Source: an uncultured Acidobacteriota bacterium (GTDB lineage: Bacteria > Acidobacteriota > UBA6911 > RPQK01 > CBDAPI01). Taken from it: a stretch of 64,000 bases of DNA. The translations under genes were made by a program, and so were the position numbers. Under the pieces are notes generated by a model. It saw only the letters and a program-made list of their open reading frames with translations, had not been told where the DNA came from and did not search any database. Every line of letters begins with the position of its first letter. Position 1 is the stretch's first letter. The DNA lies in NCBI GenBank assembly GCA_964565865.1, contig CAZMGM010000009.1:5070-69069 (forward strand), written 5' to 3'. Of the stretch, positions 38,578 through 50,865 are shown one piece after another.

Positions 38578-38672
38578 GTTGAAAGTTCAAAGTTAAGGGT
38601 TGATGCCGGGAGTTCCGGTAGACAGCTCCAGAAAACCTTCAACTTTCAACCTTTAACCTGCAACCTCTACCC
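38578..38672. repeat. Locus B of the heptad-repeat family: four reverse units (GTTGAAA GTTCAAA GTTAAGG GTTGATG), central CCGG-GAGTT-CCGG, then five forward units (CTTCAAC TTTCAAC CTTTAAC CTGCAAC CTCTACC)
   Basis: Seen in sequence: AAC recurs at exact 7-nt spacing. Lies in the selA/purH divergent promoter region. Confidence 0.4.
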
Positions 38673-38689
38673 GGTAACCTGGGGGACAG

Positions 38690-40237
38690 ATGATAAAGAT
38701 CCAAACGGCTCTGATCAGCGTCTCGGATAAGAAGGGAGTGGCCCGCTTCGCCGCCGCTCTCAGCGAACTGGGAGTCCAACTGATTTCCACCGGGGGTACG
38801 GCCAGGACTTTGCAGGAGGCGGGACTCGAGATCATCAGGGTCTCGGAGCGCACGGGCTTTCCCGAGATCCTGGACGGCCGAGTCAAGACGCTGCATCCTC
38901 GGATCCATGCTGCGATCCTGGCTCGGCACTCAGATGCGGATCATCTCCGGACTCTGGAGGAACTTGAGATCGATCCCATCGAGCTGGTCGTCGTCAACCT
39001 GTACCCCTTTGCCCGTACCATCGCACGATCCCAGGTCACTCGGGCACAAGCTATTGAGAAGATTGACATCGGAGGACCCACTCTGGTGCGCGCGGCAGCC
39101 AAGAACTCCGACTCCATAACTGTGGTCGTGGAGCGGGAAGACTACCCGAGAGTGATTGCCGAGATGAAGGCTGGAGATGGATGCGTGTCCCTGCCCCTTC
39201 GACAGGACCTTGCGGCCAAGGCTTTTCAGCACACGGCAGCCTACGACGCCGCTATTGCTGCCTGGCTGGAGAGTAGTGGTCGGTCGCAGCCAGACGAGCT
39301 TCCAGCCCGGGTAGCCCTGAACCTGGGCAAGGTAAAAACCCTGCGCTACGGAGAGAATCCCCATCAGCGAGCCGGCCTTTATTCCTCAGGAAAAACGGCG
39401 GGCCTCCCGGCCGGTGTCCAGCATCAGGGAAAAGACCTCTCCTTCAACAACTTGGTTGACATGGACTCGGCCTGGCAGCTGTGCAAAGAGTTTGATCGAA
39501 CCACCTGCTGCATCATCAAGCACAACAATCCCTGTGGTGCTGCTGTGGCGGACTCTCCCGCACCGGCTTTTGAGAGAGCACTGGAGTGCGATCCCGTCTC
39601 GGCCTTTGGCTCGGTGATCGCATTCAACCACAGTGTTGACGGATTGACGGCCGAGAAGATGAGCGGGCTGTTCGTCGAGGTTGTCATTGCTCCCGGTTTT
39701 TGCGCCGAGGCGCTGAAAATCTTCTCCAGAAAGAAGAACTTGAGAGTCATCGAAATGCCTTGGGAATCCGGCGCTTCCGGCAAGATCGACATTCGTTCCA
39801 TCGAGGGCGGGTTTCTGGTCCAGGACCGTGATGTCTTTTTCGTCAAAGGCGAGGATCTTCGAGTGGTCAGCAAGGCAAGGCCGACGGATGATCAGATTCG
39901 GGATCTGCTGTTCTCATGGATCGTGTGCAAGCACGTCAAGTCCAATGCGATCGTACTGGCCAGAGACGAGCAGACGCTGGGCGTTGGTGCTGGCCAGATG
40001 AGCCGGGTCGACTCGGTGGAATTGTCCGTGAGAAAATCGAATCTCCCGCTCACCGGCTCAGTGATGGCCAGCGATGCCTTTTTTCCTTTTTCTGACTCCA
40101 TAGAGGTTGCCGCCCGGGTCGGGGTCAATGCGGTGATTCAGCCCGGGGGCTCGATGCGCGACGACGAGGTTATTGAAGCAGCAGATCGGCACGGCATGAG
40201 CATGGTCCTGACAGGAATTCGGCATTTTCACCACTGA
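38690..40237 (+). CDS. purH: Bifunctional AICAR transformylase/IMP cyclohydrolase
   Basis: Full-length PurH with MGS-like N-terminus (ALISVSDKKG) and AICARFT domain. Confidence 0.9.
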   Translation: MIKIQTALISVSDKKGVARFAAALSELGVQLISTGGTARTLQEAGLEIIRVSERTGFPEILDGRVKTLHPRIHAAILARHSDADHLRTLEELEIDPIELVVVNLYPFARTIARSQVTRAQAIEKIDIGGPTLVRAAAKNSDSITVVVEREDYPRVIAEMKAGDGCVSLPLRQDLAAKAFQHTAAYDAAIAAWLESSGRSQPDELPARVALNLGKVKTLRYGENPHQRAGLYSSGKTAGLPAGVQHQGKDLSFNNLVDMDSAWQLCKEFDRTTCCIIKHNNPCGAAVADSPAPAFERALECDPVSAFGSVIAFNHSVDGLTAEKMSGLFVEVVIAPGFCAEALKIFSRKKNLRVIEMPWESGASGKIDIRSIEGGFLVQDRDVFFVKGEDLRVVSKARPTDDQIRDLLFSWIVCKHVKSNAIVLARDEQTLGVGAGQMSRVDSVELSVRKSNLPLTGSVMASDAFFPFSDSIEVAARVGVNAVIQPGGSMRDDEVIEAADRHGMSMVLTGIRHFHH

Positions 40238-40241
40238 AAAA

Positions 40242-40268
40242 GGGACAATCTACTCTGTCCCCGTTTTC
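40242..40268 (+). terminator. Putative intrinsic terminator after purH (GGGACA-N8-TGTCCC then CGTTTTC)
   Basis: Hairpin plus T-rich tail 5 bp after the purH stop. Confidence 0.45.
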
Positions 40269-40290
40269 AACATCTGGGTATCATTAGGAA

Positions 40291-41052
40291 GTGCTTCTTG
40301 TCATTGATATCGGCAACACGAATGTTGTGGCCGGAGTCTTTTCAGGTTCGGAACTCATCTGCTCCTGGAGGATTGCGACCCGCCAGGACAGGACTTCCGA
40401 CGAATACGGCGTTCTGTTTTCGGACCTCTTTCACCGACACGACATCTCGCCGCGGGAAATTGAGTCGATTGTCATCTCATCGGTGGTGCCTCCCCTGAAC
40501 GACCGCTTCCTGGAGTTGTCAGAAAGGTTCTTCGGCAACCGTCCGAGTTTCGTTGAGCCGGACTCTCAGAGGGTGCTAGAGATTCGCTACGAGCCAGTAT
40601 CCGATGTAGGGGCCGACCGAATCGTCAATGCCGTCGCCGCGCTGACGATGCTCAAACCACCTCTCATCGTCGTCGACTTTGGAACCGCCACTACTTTTGA
40701 TGCAGTTGATGCCTCCCGGACCTATGTAGGAGGAGTCATCGCACCGGGGGCAGGAATCTCCGCCGAGGCTCTTTTCCTGAGAGCCTCGAGGCTGCCCCGA
40801 ATCGAGATTCACAGACCCGAGAGGACGGTGGGAACGTCAACGGTGAAAAGCATGCAGTCAGGACTCTATTACGGGTACATTGGGCTCGTCGACGGCATTA
40901 TCGAGCGCATGAAGAGGGAACTCGGAGAAGCGGCGGTGATTGCTACGGGCGGCCTGGCTCCCCTGATCTGTGAAGAGTCTGTTCATATCCAGAGAATCGA
41001 AAAGGATCTGACTCTTTTAGGATTAAGAGAATTTAATATCCAAAATTTTTAG
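40291..41052 (+). CDS. coaX: Type III pantothenate kinase
   Basis: MLLVIDIGNTNVVAGVF N-terminus and ASKHA fold motifs. Confidence 0.85.
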   Translation: MLLVIDIGNTNVVAGVFSGSELICSWRIATRQDRTSDEYGVLFSDLFHRHDISPREIESIVISSVVPPLNDRFLELSERFFGNRPSFVEPDSQRVLEIRYEPVSDVGADRIVNAVAALTMLKPPLIVVDFGTATTFDAVDASRTYVGGVIAPGAGISAEALFLRASRLPRIEIHRPERTVGTSTVKSMQSGLYYGYIGLVDGIIERMKRELGEAAVIATGGLAPLICEESVHIQRIEKDLTLLGLREFNIQNF

Positions 41053-41062
41053 ATAATCTTAG

Positions 41063-41746
41063 TTGTCAAACTACTTTAACTACTTTACAGAGATTGAAGA
41101 ACACTTCTCACGACTTCGCCAGCGTCACCTCTTCGTCTCTCCGATGGACTGGTGCCTGATTGAACTCTGGAAAAACAGTGGGATCCCCCTCCATGTTGTA
41201 CTACGGGGAATCGACCGCAGCTTCAAAGGGGCTGTCTCCTCGGGCAAGAGACCTCCCCGGACTCTTTATTACTGTCATCCGGGAGTGACAGAGGCATTCG
41301 AGCAACATCAGGTCGCGCATGTTGGCGCCGGAGAAGAGGATCGTCAGACTGAGCCATCGGCATTTAACAAGGAACAGGTGGAGAGACTCTTGCAGGACCT
41401 GTCCACAGCCCTGGCAGGCGAAGAAGCCGAGGACTTCCAGCGTGCCAGATCGAGGCTGGCCAGCCTGGCGGAGGAGTTGCGAGAGCAGTCCCGACCGAAT
41501 TACGAGGAAGTAGATCGATCGTTGAGCCACATCGGAGGACTGGTGGCCGGTGCCCTGTTGAAAGCGCAGGACCGCGACTCACGCCGGGAGGTGAGAAAGG
41601 GAATCCGAAAAGATCTACATGTTTACCGAAAGCATCTTTCCGCGGAGTCCTACCAGGAGCTCTTCGAGACCTATCTGAGCCGCCAGGTGATCGAGAATCG
41701 AGGGTTGCCCCCTTTTAGTCTTTTCGACCTGGATTCGAGTCTTTGA
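41063..41746 (+). CDS. Hypothetical protein (no family recognised)
   Basis: 227-aa ORF immediately after coaX. Protein-like composition and a charged helical C-terminal half. Confidence 0.45.
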   Translation: MSNYFNYFTEIEEHFSRLRQRHLFVSPMDWCLIELWKNSGIPLHVVLRGIDRSFKGAVSSGKRPPRTLYYCHPGVTEAFEQHQVAHVGAGEEDRQTEPSAFNKEQVERLLQDLSTALAGEEAEDFQRARSRLASLAEELREQSRPNYEEVDRSLSHIGGLVAGALLKAQDRDSRREVRKGIRKDLHVYRKHLSAESYQELFETYLSRQVIENRGLPPFSLFDLDSSL

Positions 41747-41908
41747 TCGGTTTCCGAGTTCGAGGTTGAAATGTTAGCCATACATACCTCCTAAACAGGT
41801 AGGGCCGGGGGGTTCTTCGGCCGCATACTCCTATAGAGCCGTCAGCTATCGTGTTTTGTTAACAAGAAGGGAAAAAATTTGAAAAAGTTTGGGGATCCGA
41901 GGGGCTCG

Positions 41909-42079
41909 CTACGCGAGCTGCCGGGCCTTCTTTCTCAGACGATGCATTTGGACGCGGAGGGAGCCTGAAGTTGTACCCAAGATCTCAGCAGCCTGATCAT
42001 ATGACTTACCCTGCAGGATTAGATCAACTATCTGGCGTTGTTGCGGCGCGTCACGGCCGTGCGAATGTAGACCTTCGGC
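41909..42079 (-). pseudogene. Remnant of an ECF sigma-70 factor gene (region 4 only; no start codon; upstream part decayed)
   Basis: Minus-strand translation gives ...QQRQIVDLILQGKSYDQAAEILGTTSGSLRVQMHRLRKKARQLA*, a textbook sigma-4 HTH. The upstream frame is broken by stops. It is embedded in an AT-rich patch. Confidence 0.4.
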
Positions 42080-42433
42080 TTATCGGCTCTCGCCCATATT
42101 TTGCCTAGGGTTGCCTCGTAGAACAAGTAGTACAAGGCTAGGCGAGTGGCTTGTACATCATTCTCACTGGGATCGAGGTTCCAGTTATCATTGCATCCAA
42201 GCTTCGGCAGCGCTTTGCCTAGCTGCTCTAATACTTACAGTAATGAATATACGGAAGGGATCTGGCAGAATCAGGTGGGTGTAACACCTTTAGTATTACC
42301 ACTTTCCATCAATTACCATAGTTTCAGGGAGGATCGTCATCCTATCGATTTGGTGCACGAGAAGGAATTCTTGGCAGCCCAGATCTGATGTGAGACTATT
42401 TGGACTTGTCTAGCAAAAACTTGGAGTACAACG

Positions 42434-43399
42434 ATGGCGACACTTAAAGTAGTTATTGGTACTGATCATGTTGGTAGCCAATACGTTGATGAATTGATTG
42501 ACACTTTTCCCGAAATCGATTTTGTCACGGCCTATGACCCCAAGGACCATAAGGCGGCGATTCGTGATGCGGATGCCTTTTTTGGCTGGCCTGATGATCA
42601 GGCGTTCTCCGCTGCACGGCAACTAAAATGGATTGCCTGTCCGGGTATGGGAATCGACAAGATTGTTGCTTATCAGAACATCGTTGACTCGGACGTACCG
42701 ATTACTAACGCTCCTGGCACTCACGTCACATCGATGGCAGACCATGTCGTAGGTGCCATGATCGGTTTGACCCACAGGTTTCAAGAGGCCTTTGAAGATC
42801 GGAAAAAGAAAATCTGGGATACGCAAAAGTATGCCTCACGTATAACTGAATTAACTGGTACAACGGTTGGTATATTTGGTCTTGGTGCGATTGGAAGGGC
42901 GGTTGCAGATCGCGTCGCTGCTTTCGGCACGACGACCTTCGCAATCGACCCTGGTCCGGTGAATATTCCAGCTAGCGTCCGTGAGTGTTGGAACCTAGAT
43001 CGGATAGATGATCTGTGCCGAATGTCTAACTTTCTGGTGATTGCAGCACCAGTTCTTGAAAACACTCGGAATTCGATTGATGCTCGTCGAATAGCTGTGA
43101 TGCCTAAAGGAAGTTACATTATTATTATTTCTCGTGGAGAGATCGTGGATGAAGATGCTATGTGTGATGCACTTGCATCGGGGCATCTAGCGGGTGCAGC
43201 TCTAGATGCCACAGCGGTAGAGCCACTTGACGAAAAATCTAGGCTTTGGAGTCTTGAGAATGTGATTTTAACTCCCCACTCCTCTGCGTTAACGCCCGAG
43301 TTATATGAGATGCGGCGTCAAGCGTTTAAGGCAAATCTCCGAAATTTTTTAGCTGGTGAGCCACTAGAAAACATTTGTGATAAGACAGCAGGCTTTTAA
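42434..43399 (+). CDS. D-isomer-specific 2-hydroxyacid dehydrogenase family protein (NAD-binding)
   Basis: GIFGLGAIGRAVA NAD-binding motif and the catalytic His/Glu/Arg region. Confidence 0.8.
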   Translation: MATLKVVIGTDHVGSQYVDELIDTFPEIDFVTAYDPKDHKAAIRDADAFFGWPDDQAFSAARQLKWIACPGMGIDKIVAYQNIVDSDVPITNAPGTHVTSMADHVVGAMIGLTHRFQEAFEDRKKKIWDTQKYASRITELTGTTVGIFGLGAIGRAVADRVAAFGTTTFAIDPGPVNIPASVRECWNLDRIDDLCRMSNFLVIAAPVLENTRNSIDARRIAVMPKGSYIIIISRGEIVDEDAMCDALASGHLAGAALDATAVEPLDEKSRLWSLENVILTPHSSALTPELYEMRRQAFKANLRNFLAGEPLENICDKTAGF

Positions 43400-43468
43400 T
43401 GCCTAATGGGAGCTACCGGATCTTCACAAATTTGGCTGGAACGCCTGTGGCCCAGGGTCTACATCCCG

Positions 43469-44548
43469 TCAGCCGCTGCGGCCCTTGAGGTCGAGAAAGA
43501 TGGTCTCGCCTCGATGCCCGAAGGACGGAACCGAACGTATAAGGACAACCCGCAGCAACCCTGCAGCGAATCCCAGGACCAGGACGACCAGGAAAAGAAC
43601 GCCCGTGGAAACGATGGACTGCGTAATCACGCCGAGAAAAGTGACGATTTCTCCTCGCCCTCTTTCCATCTGGAGCAGCAGCGCGTCCTTTTCGTACACC
43701 CATTCCACGGTGGCCTTGTATTGAAGATCTCCCAGCACCTTTGTAGCGGCCGGCAGGGGACCCAGGAAGAGGCCAAGCAGGGGTCCCGAGCGCTTCATAT
43801 AGATTCCATCTTTGGAGACCACGGACTGGAGTGCATCCTGAATCTTGACGGCGTAAGCGGCGGCGACCGACGCCGTAGGGTAGGCGAGTAACAGAAGTGG
43901 AAACCCATGAGGTTCGTAGCCGGCCAGAGCAGCCTCGGCTGCGTCTTCGAATCCCAGGTGAGAGATGAGCTGGGCGGGAATTATCGGATTCCGGGCCATG
44001 GCTTCCTGCCCCAGATAGAAACGGATCGAGGACCGAATCAGATTTCGGTCTGGTAGCTGGAAGACGCTAGCCGGATGCAGATTCCGTTCGTCAATGGCCT
44101 TCTTGAGCCGGGGAGGGAACACAGTAAGCAAGTCGTGACTGGCGGCAGTACAACTCAGGACGAAAAAATAGTGCCCTCGCCAGAAAGCCACGCGATTGCC
44201 CAGTCGCAGATTCTCGATTCCTATGGGGAGTGAGTTCCCCTGTTCTCTCTGCTCGACTTCCCAAATCGAAAAGATACCGTAGGCAGCCTGGGTGTCGTCC
44301 ATTTCGTAGACTTCCAGGACCGCGTCTCCGGGCCGGATGCGCCACGGAGAAAAGGAAAGCAAGCCATATTCTTGTAGGATTGCGTCCGTGAAGTCGGCCG
44401 CTGGAGACGCACTACCGGCTCTGACCGGGACGATTTCATAATCAGCGAGATTGGGAACCAATGCGCTGAAGTCAGCCTTTGTATGTGGTGTCAGGAGGGC
44501 GACCAGCAAACCAATCGGAATCCACACTGAGTGCTTTTTCTTGAGCAT
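43469..44548 (-). CDS. Hypothetical exported protein with C-terminal TM anchor
   Basis: Start chosen at MLKKKHSVWIPIGLLVALL (signal peptide). The ORF track runs to 44674. C-terminal hydrophobic helix. Confidence 0.45.
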   Translation of the reverse strand: MLKKKHSVWIPIGLLVALLTPHTKADFSALVPNLADYEIVPVRAGSASPAADFTDAILQEYGLLSFSPWRIRPGDAVLEVYEMDDTQAAYGIFSIWEVEQREQGNSLPIGIENLRLGNRVAFWRGHYFFVLSCTAASHDLLTVFPPRLKKAIDERNLHPASVFQLPDRNLIRSSIRFYLGQEAMARNPIIPAQLISHLGFEDAAEAALAGYEPHGFPLLLLAYPTASVAAAYAVKIQDALQSVVSKDGIYMKRSGPLLGLFLGPLPAATKVLGDLQYKATVEWVYEKDALLLQMERGRGEIVTFLGVITQSIVSTGVLFLVVLVLGFAAGLLRVVLIRSVPSFGHRGETIFLDLKGRSG

Positions 44549-44657
44549 GTCATGTGCAATGCGCACGCAAGCGCGGCCTTTCATTCTAGCCTTTGGACGG
44601 GGTTCAGGGGAGATGGTTCCGTTTCTGAGTTTTGGAATCTGGGATTCGAGAGAAGCC

Positions 44658-45380
44658 TTACTTGTTGGCCACAATCCAGGGAGTATTGGTAAAGACGATG
44701 CGGCCGTCCTCGGTTTCGATGCGGTGAATCTGGAGCGAGGGAGTGGGAGCGTGTGTTTGATTCAGGGAATAGAGGCGGCTGACCTTCTTTAGATAAGCGC
44801 GTGTTTCCCGATATGGGGGTACTCCGCTGTGCATCAGAACAGCATTTTCACCGGCGTTGTAGGCAGCCACAGCTCTGGTCAGATCCTTGTCGAAATAGTC
44901 GAGCAGCCAGCGTAGATAGGTAACTCCTCCACGAATGTTCTGCTCGGGGTCAAAGACGTCCACCACTCCGAAACGCTTCGCCGTGTCGGGGTGAAGCTGC
45001 ATCAGTCCCTTGCAGTCCTTCCTGGATACTGCTTGTGGATTGAAGTCGCTTTCGACTTGGATGATAGCCTCCACCAGGTTGACATCCACTCCCTGCTCCC
45101 CGGATATCATTTCGATCAGGGGCTGAAATTGTCTCTGGCGAGCTGAGCGGGCCGGCTGCCGTTCGATACTCTCCCGGACCTGGCTCAGAGGTCCCTGGGG
45201 CAGGCCCGACGGTATGTTCGTCAGCACAAGGGACCCGTTCTCATCCACATAAGAACGAATATTTTCGGCGCTCAGTGAAGGGCAGCAGAGCAGGACAAGC
45301 AGACTAATCCCTCGTATAGTCACCTGTATAGGATGCCACAAGGAGTTGGGAAGTCGGCAAGAATATGTTCCAGATTTCAC
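44658..45380 (-). CDS. Lytic transglycosylase (Slt-domain) protein with DUF4124-like flanks
   Basis: EAIIQVESDFNPQAVS catalytic Glu motif and AYNAGENAV. Signal peptide. Confidence 0.7.
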   Translation of the reverse strand: MKSGTYSCRLPNSLWHPIQVTIRGISLLVLLCCPSLSAENIRSYVDENGSLVLTNIPSGLPQGPLSQVRESIERQPARSARQRQFQPLIEMISGEQGVDVNLVEAIIQVESDFNPQAVSRKDCKGLMQLHPDTAKRFGVVDVFDPEQNIRGGVTYLRWLLDYFDKDLTRAVAAYNAGENAVLMHSGVPPYRETRAYLKKVSRLYSLNQTHAPTPSLQIHRIETEDGRIVFTNTPWIVANK

Positions 45381-45383
45381 GTT

Positions 45384-48023
<2,640 letters not shown>

Positions 48024-48056
48024 AAAGAATCTAGCAAAGAGACTGCTGGATGAACT

Positions 48057-48539
48057 TCACCTGCTCAGCCGACTCCAGAGAGGGTCGATGAGATCCCGTA
48101 CCAGCTGGGCTGGGAATCCCCGACGTCTACAGTGGTCGAAAAGTCTCTTGATCTGGGCCACCGAAGCCGGTACCCCGTTCTTACGAGTCCAGTGTTCGAT
48201 AACCTTCTCCAGAGTTTCCCGCGACGGGAATGCCGACTCGGACCGATCTATTGCACGAGCCACTATCTTAGCACTGATACCCAGTCTTCTTAAGTCACTG
48301 CCGATGCGCTGGGCCCCCCAGAGCCGACGACGGCGCAACATCAGTGCGCGCTCCTCTGCCAGGGCGTCGTCGTCCAGTAAGTTGCGGTCTTCCAAGTCTT
48401 CGAGCACGGCCTCCACCGGCTCCTGGTCGTAGTGTCGCAGGAGTTTTCGCTCTATCTCACGATGGCTGTGGGCCCGCCTGGAGAGGAGTCGCAGAGCGTG
48501 CCGGCGGATTGTCGGGAGGTCGGATTCCGGTGAGCTCAA
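48057..48539 (-). CDS. recX: Regulatory protein RecX
   Basis: RecX helical-repeat pattern. 4-bp overlap with ilvE. Adjacent to alaS as in many genomes. Confidence 0.8.
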   Translation of the reverse strand: MSSPESDLPTIRRHALRLLSRRAHSHREIERKLLRHYDQEPVEAVLEDLEDRNLLDDDALAEERALMLRRRRLWGAQRIGSDLRRLGISAKIVARAIDRSESAFPSRETLEKVIEHWTRKNGVPASVAQIKRLFDHCRRRGFPAQLVRDLIDPLWSRLSR

Positions 48540-49492
48540 GGCTCTACAGACGTTTCGACGGAGCGGGAAGTCTTAACGGGTGTCATCCACCCAAACCTGT
48601 CATCCACCTCTCCTCTAACGTAAGCGAAGAAGTCCTCCTGGACCCTGGCTGTAACCGGTCCCAGCCGACCGGCTCCGATCTTGATCCTATCGATCGAGCG
48701 AACTGGCGTCACCTCTGCAGCCGTGCCGGTCAGGAAGACTTCCTCGGCCATATAAAGCATTTCGCGTGGGATCTGCTGCTCGATGACTTCGACACCCCGC
48801 TCTTTGAGGAGATGCATCACACTGTTTCGGGTAATTCCGGGCAGGATGGCGCTGGCAGTCGGTGACGTGATCATTTTCCCTTCCCAGAAAAGAAATAGGT
48901 TTTCCCCGCTTCCCTCGCTCACAAATCCCTGGACGTCGAGAGCAATTCCCTCGGAGTAGCCCTGGGCCGTCGCCTCCATCTTGATTAAAACGCTGTTCAG
49001 ATAGTTGCCCCCGGCTTTGGCCATAGTCGGAAAGGTGTCGGGAGCAGCCCGCCTCCAGCTGGAGGTCATCACGTCCACTCCGTTCTCGAGGGCTTCGGCG
49101 CCCAGATAAGCGCCCCATTCCCAGACGATAATGTACGTTTCCACGGATGCGGGCATGGGATCAACTCCCATGGTGCCCATCCCGCGGAAAACGATCGGTC
49201 GAATATAACAGGATTTCAGTTGGTTGGCCTGGATGGTGCCTATGATCCCCGTAATCACGTCATCTTGGGAGAAGGGGATGTCGGTGCGGTAGATCTTGGC
49301 CGAGTTGAAGAGCCGTTTTACATGTTCTTGGAGCCGAAAGATCTCGGATCCTCTCCGGGTCTCGTAGCACCGGATGCCCTCGAACCAGGAGGTGCCGTAG
49401 TGCAGAACATGGGACAGGACATGGATGTTCGCGTCATCCCAATCAATCAGTTGTCCGTTGTGCCAGATTTTCTGTGCTCGTATCTCAGACAT
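48536..49492 (-). CDS. ilvE: Branched-chain amino acid aminotransferase
   Basis: Class IV aminotransferase motifs (FEGIRCY, the conserved Lys region). Confidence 0.85.
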   Translation of the reverse strand: MSEIRAQKIWHNGQLIDWDDANIHVLSHVLHYGTSWFEGIRCYETRRGSEIFRLQEHVKRLFNSAKIYRTDIPFSQDDVITGIIGTIQANQLKSCYIRPIVFRGMGTMGVDPMPASVETYIIVWEWGAYLGAEALENGVDVMTSSWRRAAPDTFPTMAKAGGNYLNSVLIKMEATAQGYSEGIALDVQGFVSEGSGENLFLFWEGKMITSPTASAILPGITRNSVMHLLKERGVEVIEQQIPREMLYMAEEVFLTGTAAEVTPVRSIDRIKIGAGRLGPVTARVQEDFFAYVRGEVDDRFGWMTPVKTSRSVETSVEP

Positions 49493-49536
49493 GATTCTGC
49501 ATCATAATAACAGGCCTGCACGGCCCCGCAACCAAG

Positions 49537-50508
49537 TCAATCATTAGGTTCGTCCGGTGACTTCCTATAGTACCCGGTGCGGGCCCGTACCCTGAGGCCT
49601 CGCTCCCGGGCGTCCGCAACACGGACCTGAAGTGACCGCCGACTCTTCTCATTTGCCTCTTCAGAAAGGTTGGAAACAAAAGCCAGACGGTACTGATTCC
49701 TCAGCTCGTAGCCGATCTGCTTGAAGATTTTCTGGAGTTCCCTCGCTTCCTTGGGAAAGTAGGCCTTACCTCCAGTCGACTGGGCGATTCTGGACATGGC
49801 TTTCGATACTTTCTCACGTTCGGATTTGAAGACTCCGAAGAACCCCTCGTTGTCGGAAATATCCTTGTTCAGAAGGGCTATCAGGTAAACTTTCACAACC
49901 GATTCCTCGACCTTTTCAACCACTTCTTCCAGCGTGTAATAGCTGTCTTTGTCCTCACCGTCCGTAAAAACGACCACCACTCTTTTGGGCTCGCTCCCTT
50001 CGGCGGCATGATCAACCGCCAGAAAAATCGCGTCGTAGAGAGCGGTCCCTCCACTGACGATCTGATTGAAGAGAGCATCTCGGATATCCTCGAAATCACG
50101 CGTAAAGTCCTCGGCAATTGTCACTTCTGAATTAAAGGACAGAAGGAACAGCTCGTTAGCAGGGTTGTTCGTCTCCAGGAAGAGCTCGGTAGCTCTATCC
50201 ACCAGATCCTTTTTCCCTCGCATGCTGCCGCTGTTATCCATCACGATGCCGATCGTGGAGGGGATGTCGTCAAGGCCGAAGTAGGTGACTTCCTGCAGGA
50301 TCTTGTTCTCGTAAACCTGGAAATCGTCCTTCTTTAGGTTGGAGACAAGCTGTCCCTGCTCGTCGTAGACGGCCGCGTAGACGACCACCTGTTCAACATC
50401 GGCCCGGAACCTCGGTGTCTGGGCCGGCAACGGAGCAAGTATGAGAAACACCAGCGCGGTCCCTGGTAGAACGGTCTGCAGCACGGATCTGAGTGTCACC
50501 CTCACCAT
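49537..50508 (-). CDS. VWA-domain protein of the Acidobacteria-expanded VWFA-related family (secreted)
   Basis: Signal peptide, MIDAS motif DNSGSM plus TALYDA and VFTDGED. Paralogous to the next gene. Confidence 0.7.
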   Translation of the reverse strand: MVRVTLRSVLQTVLPGTALVFLILAPLPAQTPRFRADVEQVVVYAAVYDEQGQLVSNLKKDDFQVYENKILQEVTYFGLDDIPSTIGIVMDNSGSMRGKKDLVDRATELFLETNNPANELFLLSFNSEVTIAEDFTRDFEDIRDALFNQIVSGGTALYDAIFLAVDHAAEGSEPKRVVVVFTDGEDKDSYYTLEEVVEKVEESVVKVYLIALLNKDISDNEGFFGVFKSEREKVSKAMSRIAQSTGGKAYFPKEARELQKIFKQIGYELRNQYRLAFVSNLSEEANEKSRRSLQVRVADARERGLRVRARTGYYRKSPDEPND

Positions 50509-50865
50509 GACGTTACTACCTTAACAGTCCATGGTAAAAGTCGTACGCCAGGGATCTGCGTTTGCTGGCAAGGCAGAAGGAGGAAGTTGATGCAGGCCCA
50601 TCTGCTGCGTTTCCCCTCCTCGCCGATGCTTGGGCATGGCTTGCATCAGTTCGCCTTGCATCTGCACCCAGGGCGGCCGCGAAGCGGGCCGCGGGACTTT
50701 TACCACGGGCTGTTAGCCGACAACGAGCAGGATTCAATTTCTCCCTTTCATAAACACCATCTTGTCTGCGGAAGTGAGTGCCTACCAGTTTTCAGTGAAC
50801 ACTCCAAGGATCGAGCCGGGTACTCGGAAGGTCCAGATGCAAGGTGCCTCCGAATGGCGTCCACC

